Made by a program: the position numbers and the translations under genes
Assembly (NCBI GenBank): GCA_021613535.1
Contig: CP075493.1
Location: 16,058,001-16,122,000 of the forward strand
DNA from: Adineta vaga
Lineage: Eukaryota > Animalia > Rotifera
Reading direction: 5' to 3'
DNA: 64,000 nucleotides
Part shown: positions 1 through 11,429 of the stretch, piece after piece
Layout of the letters: the number at the start of each line of letters is the position of its first letter
Position numbering within the stretch: the first letter of the stretch is position 1
Notes under the pieces: generated by a model
Databases searched by the model: none
Seen by the model: only the letters and a program-made list of their open reading frames with translations
Told to the model about the DNA's origin: nothing

Positions 1-615
1 AAATTCGAGGGACACAAAAAATCTTGGAGGATCCACTCTTCCCCCTTGCATAAAACTGTGTCTATTGAGATGTCAACCATTCGTGAATGGTGATAGCTGA
101 GGTGAACCTAGTAATGTTAGCTAATCTCACCCACACCCACTTTCTAAGTAGTCTTATTGGTAAAAGACATCTCGGCCGAAAACCTTATTGCTCAACTGAC
201 ATTAGCTGATTCAGCTCTGCACAATAGCTTCAGTACCTAAGCACAGAAAAACTGAACTTGTCGACAGCTAGTTATGTTTTGAAAATGCTCGGCACTTTGC
301 AAAATTAATGAAAGTTATTTAGCCAGAATATAACATGGTATTTTTGTTGAGAATTTCATGGCGCATCTTTTCATATAAACTATTGAGCCTTTTCGTTGAA
401 TTGAAAATGATCCAGCGACAAAAAACTGAGAGACCAATTTATTCTATCCATTCATTAACATGTGAATGTTAGAAAAAGCATATGATAAGCTCACAAAAAC
501 AGAGGCATGGATATCAAAAGTACAGCAGAGAAGGCATCGAATAAAATGAATAGACAACACCATGAATTTTTAGCGAAGGAAGGGACAAACAACTAAATTA
601 ATGTTCGTGTAGAAG

Positions 616-1398
616 TTAAGTGTTAGCAACAGGGGGAGTGTTTGCATCATCCAGTGACACCGAAACTTTATTTTGCCGTTTCTTCGCTGCCCACAACTTG
701 CTAACCATCTTGTATGTCGATTCACGTGCCGATTGTATCTGATTCCAGCAAGTGAAATAGCAGATCAAATAGAAGCCGGGTGTTGATATGATGAAAACGT
801 CAATAATGTATAGTGGATTCTTCGTTTTCATAGCTATTTTCACAAACCACATTAGAATCAAGCCATAGAATATGCATAGAAGTGGATAAACGACAATCAG
901 GATCATGTTTATTATAACCTTGACGTCTTGAGCGCAACGGTTGAGAGCAGTGTGGATATGCACCAATAAATAACCGAATACTAACAATAGAATGATGAAA
1001 AGGAATGTACCGATAGCGATGACTATTTGGTCAGTGATTAAGTTGTCTACAACCACCTCAATCTCGTGTCGAAACTTCTCCAGAGCTCCACTGAACGCAG
1101 CAATCGCAGCATTTTTAGCGCGTTCGATGGTGAACTCAGCAGTGCCTGACAATGTTTGATTGATATTCGCGATAACTTCCATTGCATCCTCTTTTATTTT
1201 ATCGGTTGCTTTATTCAGTAGGTCTAGTATATTCTGCATGATGTTGTTAAAAAATCTTTCCGTAGTGCTGCTAGTCGAAATGCTGTTCAAATTATGAAGT
1301 ATTTCGGAGCTAGTCTGTCGAGTTATATTGACGAAGCCGGTGGCAATGTTCGATAGTGCCTGAACGGTATTATTCAGATCCACGATGAGTTTGTCCAT
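616..1398 (-). CDS. Intronless 260-aa hypothetical membrane protein: N-terminal amphipathic helical region plus ~3 C-terminal TM helices
   Basis: Uninterrupted ATG ORF. Hydrophobic stretches IVIAIGTFLFIILLLVFGYLLV, VIINMILIVVYPLLCIFYGLILMWFV and IIDVFIISTPGFYLICYF. No family recognised. Confidence 0.6.
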   Translation of the reverse strand: MDKLIVDLNNTVQALSNIATGFVNITRQTSSEILHNLNSISTSSTTERFFNNIMQNILDLLNKATDKIKEDAMEVIANINQTLSGTAEFTIERAKNAAIAAFSGALEKFRHEIEVVVDNLITDQIVIAIGTFLFIILLLVFGYLLVHIHTALNRCAQDVKVIINMILIVVYPLLCIFYGLILMWFVKIAMKTKNPLYIIDVFIISTPGFYLICYFTCWNQIQSARESTYKMVSKLWAAKKRQNKVSVSLDDANTPPVANT

Positions 1399-1447
1399 TT
1401 TTTGTTTTTTTTTGTGATTCTAAATGAAGAGACAGGATAATCACACT

Positions 1448-1453
<6 letters not shown>

Positions 1454-1488
<35 letters not shown>
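1454..1488. repeat. (TC)n microsatellite
   Basis: About 17 perfect TC units read directly. Confidence 0.95.
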
Positions 1489-1491
<3 letters not shown>

Positions 1492-3350
1492 CATGACACA
1501 ATTCCAGCTGCTTTCAATAAACTCATTTTCGATAATAACAAGAACTGAAAGGAGCAGCGTAGTAATGAGAAGAAGACAGTTATTGGAACATTGTCAGTAC
1601 ATGATAATTTTTGCGTCGGTACCCTGATCATCCTTGAACAGATGCGCGCGAACGAAGTATTTCTCGTCTTTATATAGTTTCTTAAATTTTCGAGAAAATC
1701 CCAAAACATTGACTTGCTTAACGACATAATGCAATGCTAAAACTATTGGTCCAAACAGATCTTCGCATGTTTTACTGCGTAACAAAGCTGTTAGCGCAAT
1801 TCCTGTGAGCTCAAAATAAGAAACACGATCGAACTAATTGCGCCATGAATAAAAAAAACTTTACAAACGTGCGTGTCACAGTCTGTTATGTCTGGATCGT
1901 GAGGTGCGTTCCGTTTGTAATATGTCGTTGCCAAGGTCTCTGCCAATTCCTAGATTCCTGTGACTTTTATCCATCAGAAGAGAGAGCAGAAGGAAATTTT
2001 TTTCTCTAATATTATGTAAGATGAAGTCATTTTATGATCAGACCTCGAAAAAAATGTATAAAAAGTAACTGTCATTTTGATGAAATTCTGACAAAAAGTA
2101 AGTAAATTCACGGAATTTTGTATGAATAAATAGACGATTCAATTTTCGCAACAGTAGAATATGTGGACCATGTGTCAGAACCAAAATTTCATTGGAATAA
2201 TAGACCGTTTCTGAATATTTTTTCGATCTTCTTGGGAGAATGACTTTGACTTAGATAGTATTGGAGAAGAAGACATCCCCTCGTTTTCTCTTTCGATTGA
2301 TGAAAATCATATGTGTCTAACTGCTTTCGTTCTTGAGATATTCAAAAAAGCAGTGAAACATATTATGTTTCGTCACATATTACTAGATGCGGCATAAAGA
2401 CTACAACAGTTGGTACCTGGCAAATATCAGAGCATGGATAAATTATAGAATCTTTAGGTTGTTAAAAAATGCACTGGGAAAAGCTCTACAAAAACTACAT
2501 AAAAAATCCTTATCAAAACAAAAAGTTCTTTCAAAAAATTTTATTATGCTAAATACGGTGGAGCCCAGCATTGTCATATGATCCGTTCATTTTAGGTGTA
2601 GCAAACATTATCTGAACAAGCACTTAGAGATTTCCAGAGATTTCACGACGCATTTGTTAAAAAGAACCAAGATTATATAATTTACATATAGTGTGATATG
2701 CGCAAAATACCGAGTGTTATAATATTTCTGCCGTATCCGATATAATTTAGAAAAGGCTGTCAAGTTGATGTGACAGAAAAGCAAGAGATAAAGTTAATCT
2801 AAGTTATAACTTACAATTTTAATAAAACTGTCATATAACTTTGACAGAACAACAGATGTTAAAGTGTTTCTGAATCATGGTAATCACGTGAGAAAGTACG
2901 TTATTACATAAATGATTAGTCACTCTCAGATCTGTAGAGCGTCCACATGCATTTAGATGCATTTTATCTGTGTGTCGTAGTCTTTTAAACCAACCAATTT
3001 GCTTATTCCTTGATGAAAACAAAATAAAATTCATTATAAAATAAATTTATTTATCGATATATCAACCTGATCGTTGATTGAATAATAACAATGAATGTCC
3101 ATTGATCAATCTGAACAGTCCGATAACCGAAGAGGAATTTCTGTTTCTCACTTCTTGGTCATGCGTCAAATAAATAGTATGCATTTCTATTATTAAGGAT
3201 CATAAGTTCGATATAATGTGAGAAAGATTTTTCATCAATTGTGCAAAATTTTAAAAGCATGTCTTGAATAAAATAAATAGGTGCTGCCAGTTCAAAAAAT
3301 ACGATTTGTACAGGATTGCTAAAAATATTGGACGTATGATAAAAGGTATG

Positions 3351-4586
3351 TCATGTATTTTTAATACACACGGATGCTCTCCTTCCATCGACATCCGCGA
3401 TCGTTCGATTATTTTCTGTATAGCTTGACAAACAATAACTATCTCTGGAGTTCACGGGTAGTATCCTATTTCTTCGGAGTGCAGTACAATAAAAATATTT
3501 TCCTTGCCAGTTTTCTCCTTTCGTCAAATGATTTTTGCAGAAACGCTCGAAATCTAATATTTTCCTTATACATCTTCCTGACCGGGTGTTTGTATAAAAT
3601 TCAGTCATATAAATATTTGATGGATAGACAAAAATTAGCCAAGTAATATCTATCGGAATAAGTGGCAGTATTTGTACTATGACTTTAAAAACATATTCTA
3701 CAGTAGAAATTCCACAGTGCAAATACGTCTGCCGAAAAGGTCTTATTGGGTACCATATTTGATGTGGAATGATACAGAGAATATATATAATTGGTGGGAT
3801 GAATATAAACAAATGTTTTCTTAGTAGTTTGAAAAAGATTTTTTTTCTTGATGCCTGCACAGTACCATAGTGATATATATATCGGGCAAAATGAATCAGA
3901 ACGAGTATAGTTGCTAGTACGTAGATGAGACCGCCAAGAAAGCTAGCCGTAAGAAACCATCGCGTTGTTCCACGTGACTTTGGTGTTGCATGTGGTACAT
4001 CCCATTCACATCGGTAAATCAGCATTGTTACGTTAGTTATAGTAGTCAAAGAAAAAGTAAGAAGTAATGTAATGACGGATCGCCACCGTGTCGCATTCAT
4101 TTTAAAATTAAAGCAAGTGATAAGAGCACGTTCAGATGCAACGAGGGCACTGAGGTAAAGACACAGCGACGAGGCCACTTGATCTCCAGTCTTTTTAAAA
4201 AAACAATGAAATATTTCAGATAGTTTTTGATTATTTCTGAAGGGATTTGGTTTGAAGTATTGCACAGAATGAGTAATTGCAAGCAATACACTTCCGATCA
4301 TAGATATAATTGAGTAAAGAATGAGATAGACACCGATGTTGGTACGGCGTAAACGTTTACAACCTAAGAATACCTCAAGACTGAGTAGATTATTCAAAAT
4401 TGATAAACATAGTTTCGTTATATATATAATTAGATAAACATAATCCGTATCAAATTGCATTTGCTTTTTGTTTAGAATTCGATTTGCACAGTTTACACCC
4501 TCGTAGCATGGATTGCACTGACAATAGCTTGTATTCGAAGATATGCTTAATATGAGTAGACCATCATTTAAACATTGAGAAGACAT
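3351..4586 (-). CDS. EGF-like domain + rhodopsin-type 7TM GPCR-like protein (large terminal exon; probable upstream exons to ~5130)
   Basis: CLNDG...CQCNPCYEGVNC EGF motif, seven hydrophobic segments and a DRY-like 'ASERA' after TM3. TAG acceptor immediately before 4586; GTGAG donors near 4973 and 5097. Confidence 0.75.
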   Translation of the reverse strand: MSSQCLNDGLLILSISSNTSYCQCNPCYEGVNCANRILNKKQMQFDTDYVYLIIYITKLCLSILNNLLSLEVFLGCKRLRRTNIGVYLILYSIISMIGSVLLAITHSVQYFKPNPFRNNQKLSEIFHCFFKKTGDQVASSLCLYLSALVASERALITCFNFKMNATRWRSVITLLLTFSLTTITNVTMLIYRCEWDVPHATPKSRGTTRWFLTASFLGGLIYVLATILVLIHFARYIYHYGTVQASRKKIFFKLLRKHLFIFIPPIIYILCIIPHQIWYPIRPFRQTYLHCGISTVEYVFKVIVQILPLIPIDITWLIFVYPSNIYMTEFYTNTRSGRCIRKILDFERFCKNHLTKGENWQGKYFYCTALRRNRILPVNSRDSYCLSSYTENNRTIADVDGRRASVCIKNT

Positions 4587-4697
4587 CTAGTAAGTGTAGT
4601 GTGTTAGAAACAAAATTTTCAAATAAATCTAGTTAGGCTACACCTATAGAATATATAGGATCATACTAGAAGATCTTAACCTATGCTGAAAAATTAA

Positions 4698-4758
4698 TTG
4701 CGGGAGTGGATGGGGTGAGAGTGTGGGCCTTCTTATGATTTATACCAACACCCTCAAA
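4698..4758 (+). repeat. Telomere-like-repeat hairpin element (degenerate copy)
   Basis: TTGCGGGAGTGGATGGGGTGAGAGTG...ACCAACACCCTCAAA, resembling the copies at 6943, 23702 and 26062. Confidence 0.6.
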
Positions 4759-5278
4759 CTGGTTAATTACCAGCAGAAGTTGGGTGATACTAACATTAAT
4801 ATCAGATTGGGAAAACTCTGTTGACGATTACTTTTGTCATCATTTTCAGGATTGTTTGAATAGTTGAAATTTTTCGGACACTCTCGATGCACTTCTTCAA
4901 TGTCTTACAAGAGATTTTTTCTATTACCATTCACTATCTTTCTCTTCACCACGATTGGCACCTATTTACTCACCTTGAAAGTGGAACTGATAACTTATCT
5001 ATGTCATGCAATAAAATTTGACAACTGTCTTCATAAGTCTTTTTCTCTGAACGGAAGAATGGAATAGTAGAACAAAAAAAACGCAATACATACTCACCAG
5101 AATATTGATTCTGTATGATGTGTCAATAATTATGTTTTAATATTGTTTTACTCCCTATGTTTTTTTTCTACATTGTATGCGATCAAAAAAACGTCAATAG
5201 TACAAATAGGCACCGTTCATTTTTTATTGGTCTTTTATTCTGAAAGCAAGCGAAATTTAAACGAGTTTCTGTGTGACA

Positions 5279-6901
5279 ATGTCAGTACGTGAAATTCAAT
5301 CAGATTTTATAACGGACAATGAATGTTACATTAACTGTCCTAAGAAGAAGACTGCTTATGAATGGCATTTAAATGATAGAAATGATTTTGCATTAAAAAA
5401 GGCCAAAAAATTTCGTTTACAATACGAAAAACTATATGTTGCAAGACACTGGCTGGTAAGTTGAGTTTATGCCATTTTCAACGTGAACTATTCGTCTCAC
5501 AAAAGAAAATAGACACACGACTTGATTAAATATATGTTCATGTGTTTATATAACTTGTCTTTTGATACACGCATGCTTCTTCATATAATTTTGAAGAAAA
5601 GAGTAACATAGTTTTAATCTTGCAGATCAGAAGTTGCCGAATATTCCACGCTGAAAATACCTTTCTGTATTATTAGGAACGCGCATCCACACTAAGCGGA
5701 CAGACAGCTATCTAAATAGACACAGACCATTGATGGAATGACGGTTTCACAATCAGAGAAAAATGTTACGTAGATACAAGTTGCAAAACTAAGATACTTT
5801 ATGCTACGTGATAGATCTCCGGTTCCAGCGTTTTGATTGCATTCGCAGGATGTGATCGGTTGTACAGATTACATCAGATGTATCATTCCTAACATAACCT
5901 TTCTATAAGACTGTATTTTCCTGCGATACTCATCTAATCTTAACCTAGTATTTCAGTATTTAAAAGACGTATCAACAGAGAAGTACACGTTCAAAAACTA
6001 GGACACTCAACACAATTAAAAGTCTTGTGTCCCATTGGTTCATAGCGTCTGCATTGAAGATGCATGAAATAAAAACTTCTTCATGAAAAACTCTAAACTA
6101 ATTCGAAGTTTTACATTGTAAGCTAACTTAATTATAATTATTTTATTATTTGAATAGATCACAGTTCTTCTAAGATTAAATACAACAGTAAAAGATTTGG
6201 TTTATGCCATTCTAAAGGGTTATCTGAACGATATCAATATGCTACCGGATGCGAATATTTGGCAAGACATCATCACAGACCTTAAAACTGCTGGAGCAGA
6301 GAATGAACCAGTGTATATACTTCGAGCTTACACTCGTTCACAAACGTTCAGCAAACAAATCAATAATGACATGGCTAAAAATACGTATCATGCACTCAAA
6401 CTATACTGTACATCCCTTAACTGTAATGTACTAGCACGTACACAAGATGGTATTCAGGCTTTCGTTGCTATTCTATTCCATCCAAAGTTAGATAAATACT
6501 TGTCTAAAGGTAATTTTATCGTATACAGAGGCTCTATTATTGATAGTGCCAGCGTATTGGAAGGATATGAAAATGGTTCCATAATTATAACTACTACGTT
6601 TCTGTCGACTTCAAAAGACCTGGCAGTTGCTGAGATATTTGCTGATCCTGATTCGAAACAAACAAATCAGATATCACTTTTGTGTGAATATAATATTCAT
6701 AATTATCGACGCACAGCTCTGGAGATAAAAACAGTTTCAGACAATCCAGACGAAGAGGAAGTCTTAATTTATCCATATGTTCCATTCCAAATCCGATCAT
6801 TTAATAGAAAAATAATGGAAGTGACTGGAAATGAACGGATTGAAGTAGTCTTGGAGGAAATCGACGACGACAAGAAGAATGATAACAGTGAGAGACACTA
6901 G
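5279..6901 (+). CDS. NAD:arginine-type mono-ADP-ribosyltransferase (R-S-E clan); catalytic exon 6159-6901, upstream exons uncertain or possibly disrupted
   Basis: Motifs VYRG, TFLSTS and DEEEVLI in order. AG acceptor at 6157-6158; GTAAGT donor at ~5456. Confidence 0.75.
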
Positions 6902-6942
6902 TACGGATAGTCTCCACTAATGTGCAATGTGGGGCATAGTCA

Positions 6943-7029
6943 ATCTTGAGAGTGTGGATGGACATGGGTATGGGTGTGGGGTAAGAGGATAGTCAGACCC
7001 ACCCACACCCACACCCACACCCTCCTCAA
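6943..7029 (+). repeat. Telomere-like-repeat hairpin element
   Basis: ATCTTGAGAGTGTGG...TGGGTGTGGG-GTAAGAGGATAGTCAGA-CCCACCCACACCCACACCCACACCCTC. Confidence 0.8.
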
Positions 7030-8340
7030 TTCGACCATTGATTATGTTGTTGTTGTTGATTGGATTTGGTTGGGTGAGAATCATCTTCTTTCGAATAGAG
7101 TCAGCAGCTTTGGCTACATCTTTTTCATGTTCTTTTAATCGCTTGTACGTTTGTCGAATAATTTTACCGCTATAAGATTTGTCACAATTAAAACAAGATA
7201 TTTGATAAGCGACACCTGATTTACTGTGTGCACTTAGAGGATATTTAGTGGGAAAATACTTCTTTGTTTGATTTTTGGTTTGATAAACAACTCAGAGATT
7301 TGCTGTGGGATCATGTTTCTTGATAATCTCTTTAATTTTTTTTCCGTATGAATAACTTGGTGCACCTATATAAGGGACTTGGATATGTTTATTGATTTTG
7401 GTTGAGCGGGATTTGTAATTGGTGGGGGTTGTTTTGATTTTTCGGCTTGTTTACGTATTATACCTTCAACAAAGTAAGATGGATACTCATTGAATTTAGC
7501 CATTGCACGGATATACTGTAATTCATCATTCAAGAGCTGATCGTTAGAGCAGATTCTAAAGGCTCTGTAGATTAACGGTGATAATGCTGCTGTTCTGTAA
7601 CTTTTTGAGACTAAACTGGTCCATTTTAACATGAGTTTTGTGGTGGTCTTCTTTCTATATAAGGTAGTATCAAAACCACCTGGATGACGTTTTACTAATA
7701 CGTCGAGGAACGCTATGGAATTGTCGACTTCAGATTCAAGAGTAAATTTAATACATGGATGGAATGTATTTAATAATTCACGAAATTCATCTTGATCTGC
7801 ATCGGCTTTAAAAATTGTAAAAGTATCATCAACGTATCGACGCCATGCAAGTAATTTTGAATTGTTGTTATTTAATAAGCCAGGTAAATGTTGTTCTTCG
7901 AAATGTCCCATGAATATTTGTACAAGTATTGCTGCCAACGGAGAGCCCATAGAAACACCATCAGTTTGATCATAATATTTGTTGTTGAATATAAAATGGG
8001 TACGTTCAGTAGTAAATGCTAATAATTCACGGAAATAATGCTCAGGAATAATTGGTCTTAATTTAGGATCGGTATAATATAATTTATTACAAATAATTTC
8101 AATTGTTTCGTTCACAAGAATATTGGTAAAGAGACTTTCAACGTCAAAACTTACAATTTTGGTGTTGTTTGATAAATGGGAATGGTCTGTTAAGAATTGT
8201 AAAAATGCATTATTATTTTTTAATGAATATTCCTTGTCACGTATCGGTTTCAAGATTTGAGCTAAAAACTTGCCAAGACGATAATTATATGATTGAATAC
8301 ATGAGACAATAGGTCTAAGAGGTAATTACTTTTTGTGAAA
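7030..8340 (-). mobile_element. Truncated, frameshifted Penelope-like retroelement (RT + GIY-YIG endonuclease)
   Basis: LPLRPIVS, SFDVESLFTN, GVSMGSPLA, WRRYVDDTF, FLDVLV and YRKKT motifs. In another frame at ~7130-7225 is SGVAYQISCFNCDKSYSGK..RQ...RLKEH (GIY-YIG). Confidence 0.9.
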
Positions 8341-8635
8341 AAAGATATTCGTCAGCTTTATTTGATATCAAATTATTAATATCACCAGACATTTTTTTAT
8401 AGAAAATGAAACGATATTTTACTTTTAACTCGTATATACTCTCAAATATATTTTAGATATCAATCCATTGATTGTTGCTCAATATTCTTCATAAATTTTT
8501 CGATAACAAAAAACAGAGACCTAATTAAATTGATTTTGAAAGGTAAACGTGATGTATATATTCAGAATGTCAAGCTCAATATTATTCAACATTCAAAAGG
8601 GCTTATGGATCTTAATGTTTATGTTCTCTCGTTAC

Positions 8636-8844
8636 TGTAACGATAAAGACATCACCTCAGGGGGTGATATCAATATATGATCATCTCTCCCAATCATGTG
8701 TATCCTCTTGTTCTTGTCTCTCTTCCTCTCTCTATATAAGCGTGCATTGTATTGTAGAGTGGTTACACTCTGGGTATGTGAGATAGCCGAATAAACATCT
8801 ACACCGTGAGAAGCGGTAAGCTACTCAACCAGTTTGTCGTTACA
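8636..8844 (+). mobile_element. Solo LTR (209 bp) with 5-bp TSD
   Basis: Starts TGTAACGA and ends TCGTTACA. GTTAC is duplicated at 8631-8635 and 8845-8849. Internal TATATAA is followed by AATAAA. Confidence 0.85.
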
Positions 8845-10000
8845 GTTACGCCATAGGTATGAACGAATTTCAGCTACTTTTTTTACACGGTATTAACCTT
8901 TTTTTCATTTGAAATGCATTGTTTATATAATTCTGATTGATCGAAACTTGAAGTCAATAATAGTCTTCTTTTATTACATTTATTATGATAATATTGTCGA
9001 AGAAAAATGTCTAGAACTTCGTCTTTTGTTGGAATTTTACTATGTTGTTTAGTTCTATTCATTCTCCTGTTCATTTTGATTATTTAAGTTCCAAGGAACG
9101 TTATTCTGTTAGCGAAAACCTAATGTATCTTACAAGTTTTGTAGTCTTAAAAGAAAATTAACGATATACTCTATTCCCTCTGTTGTTACAGTGGGGGAAA
9201 AAACAAGTTTTCGGTAATTAAAATACTTCGGAATTCAATCATAAATGGTGTAAATATGATAGAATAAAAAAACAAGTTTGTTAGAGCTATGGAAGTACTA
9301 TTAATATTTAACAGATTTGGTGCAATTAGTGATAAAAGAAATATTTCTACATTGAAGATAAAAATAATAAATTAGATTATTCTCATAGATATTCTGAGAT
9401 AAATATTAGTGCGGTACAAAAATAAAAGAAATATTCCTCGCGGGACAAGTCAATATAAATTTTATCCCGTCCTGTCCCGCCCTAAATCTTAAATTTTCTG
9501 TCCCGCCGATCTCTGTTCTCTACAGGCACGGTTTCTATTAGTTATTTTATTCTTCTTATTTTACTGCTACCATATAACTTTTTTGGAAAATGTGCTTCAT
9601 TTGTCATAGCAAAGTAACGGCGGAGATGTAATTGTTTGGAAAGAGTGGTTCAACGTTTGCAGTTTTCATGCTAGTCATACACCGTAAAAATAATTGTTGT
9701 TTCATCAAATGGAAACTACTATAAGAATTCCTTTTTTTGACGTTCGAATATAGGTATATTTTGTGAGTGCTCTGAAAACGTAAGCATAAATTTCTGAATA
9801 CAATACACGAGACCAATAAGAAGAAGACCATTCAGTTTCTTTTTTATATCATTTTTTGTATATTCAACAAAAGCAGTTTCTATGATATTATTTCGATATA
9901 GTTAATTATTCTTGATTCACATGTGTTAGAAATAAACAATAATGTAGATTTTAGTTTTAAAGAAAGCAGTACAATGTCAGATTACTGTCCAATGGCGGAA

Positions 10001-10829
10001 TTACACTTCAGAATGAGTATGAGTGACTTCTCGAAAGATAGGATTTTTTGTCAGAAAACGTCGATCAGAAGTCGACTGTTGTTGACCAATATATGATGTG
10101 GGTTCATGTAGATTCCAATTTGGTTTTAGTGCATCATTTCGATGTCCTGAGTCGACTTTTTGCCCGATTTCAATTTTTATCTAAGATTCAATCTTATCAT
10201 AGTTGATATGATTGCAACAAGAAAAGGATGAAAATCAATAAAATAAGGTGACTTACGTAGTATTTTTTGTTGACTCTTACTTCATCGCTCCCAGTAACCA
10301 CTAAATGTCTTTTAGATTCTAATCGCCATCTCAAGGGTATGGGTCGTTTTATAAAATATCTCATTGATTCCATCTCAATTGCTTCTCTTAGTCGACGCAT
10401 ACTTGACTTCTCCAACCAGCAGCACGTACAACAACAAAGATAAACTCCAACACATTGAATTCCAGAAGCGGCTCCAATCAATATAATCCATATTGGTGCT
10501 TTCAAAACTGCTGTCAATATGCTACCAACTATATATAGTACAAATGAAAGCAATATAGATATCGACAAAAAATATATAATCATTTTTTCAATGATAGTTG
10601 ATCTCCGTGCATGATTGATATTATCAATTGATTCGTAAAATTCTTCTGGATGTATAATTCCAGATAATGATGCAGGAAAATCCGAATTGAATTGTTTACT
10701 TTGACAACTTTCTGTAAAAAATAAATCGAAGATACATTCATAAGAACCTATGTGATAGAAAAGTAAATTGAATTCACCTTGATGCTCTTGTATAGTGATG
10801 GTTCTTTGAGGAATAAATGATCCCAACAT
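10001..10829 (-). CDS. Erf4/GOLGA7-like domain membrane protein, 3 exons (~10829-10778, ~10711-10257, ~10180-10001)
   Basis: QFNSDFPASLSGIIHPEEFYESIDNIN resembles the Erf4/Golgin A7 motif; two TM helices and a Cys cluster follow. GT-AG introns; last exon IKIEIGQK...HSEV*. Confidence 0.6.
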
Positions 10830-11429
10830 GATTGTTTTTGTTATTGTTTTGCCTATGATATTTTCGACGAAAACTGAAAGTTAGAACACACAAAGGAATA
10901 TACCCAGGCTTAGTTTTATATACGTATATATCATGAATCACTACAGCATCAATGTTCCCAGTATTGTGATCCGGAAGTAAAGACACATATTGTAGGTACA
11001 TTTACCTTCAAACCGATAGGTATCGATAATTAAGAGAAAAAAAACGATATGATGAATAAGAGTGATGCGTGACTTGTGACAAGGAAAATTATATTTTGAA
11101 ACTGAATGTTTTTTTTTCTATAAGTATGGAAGAAATATTTTCAACGTTCTACAATGTATAAATATAGCAAGGATCTTTTTAAAGTGCAATACTATTTCTG
11201 AATTATCTATTGGAAGATGGAAATAATAGAGAGTTCGTCGAAAATGTTTGGCTTTGATGTTTTTACTTGTTTTGTATTAAATAAAGTTCAAATGAAGAAT
11301 TTTTTGGTAGTTAGACTGAATCACAATGACATAGGGTCAGGTAGGAATAACGAGAGTATTGATGGTTGATTCTAGTTGAATCATTCATTTTGTTAGGCTG
11401 TATTTCCATTGCTCGTCGGCCAGTTCCTG

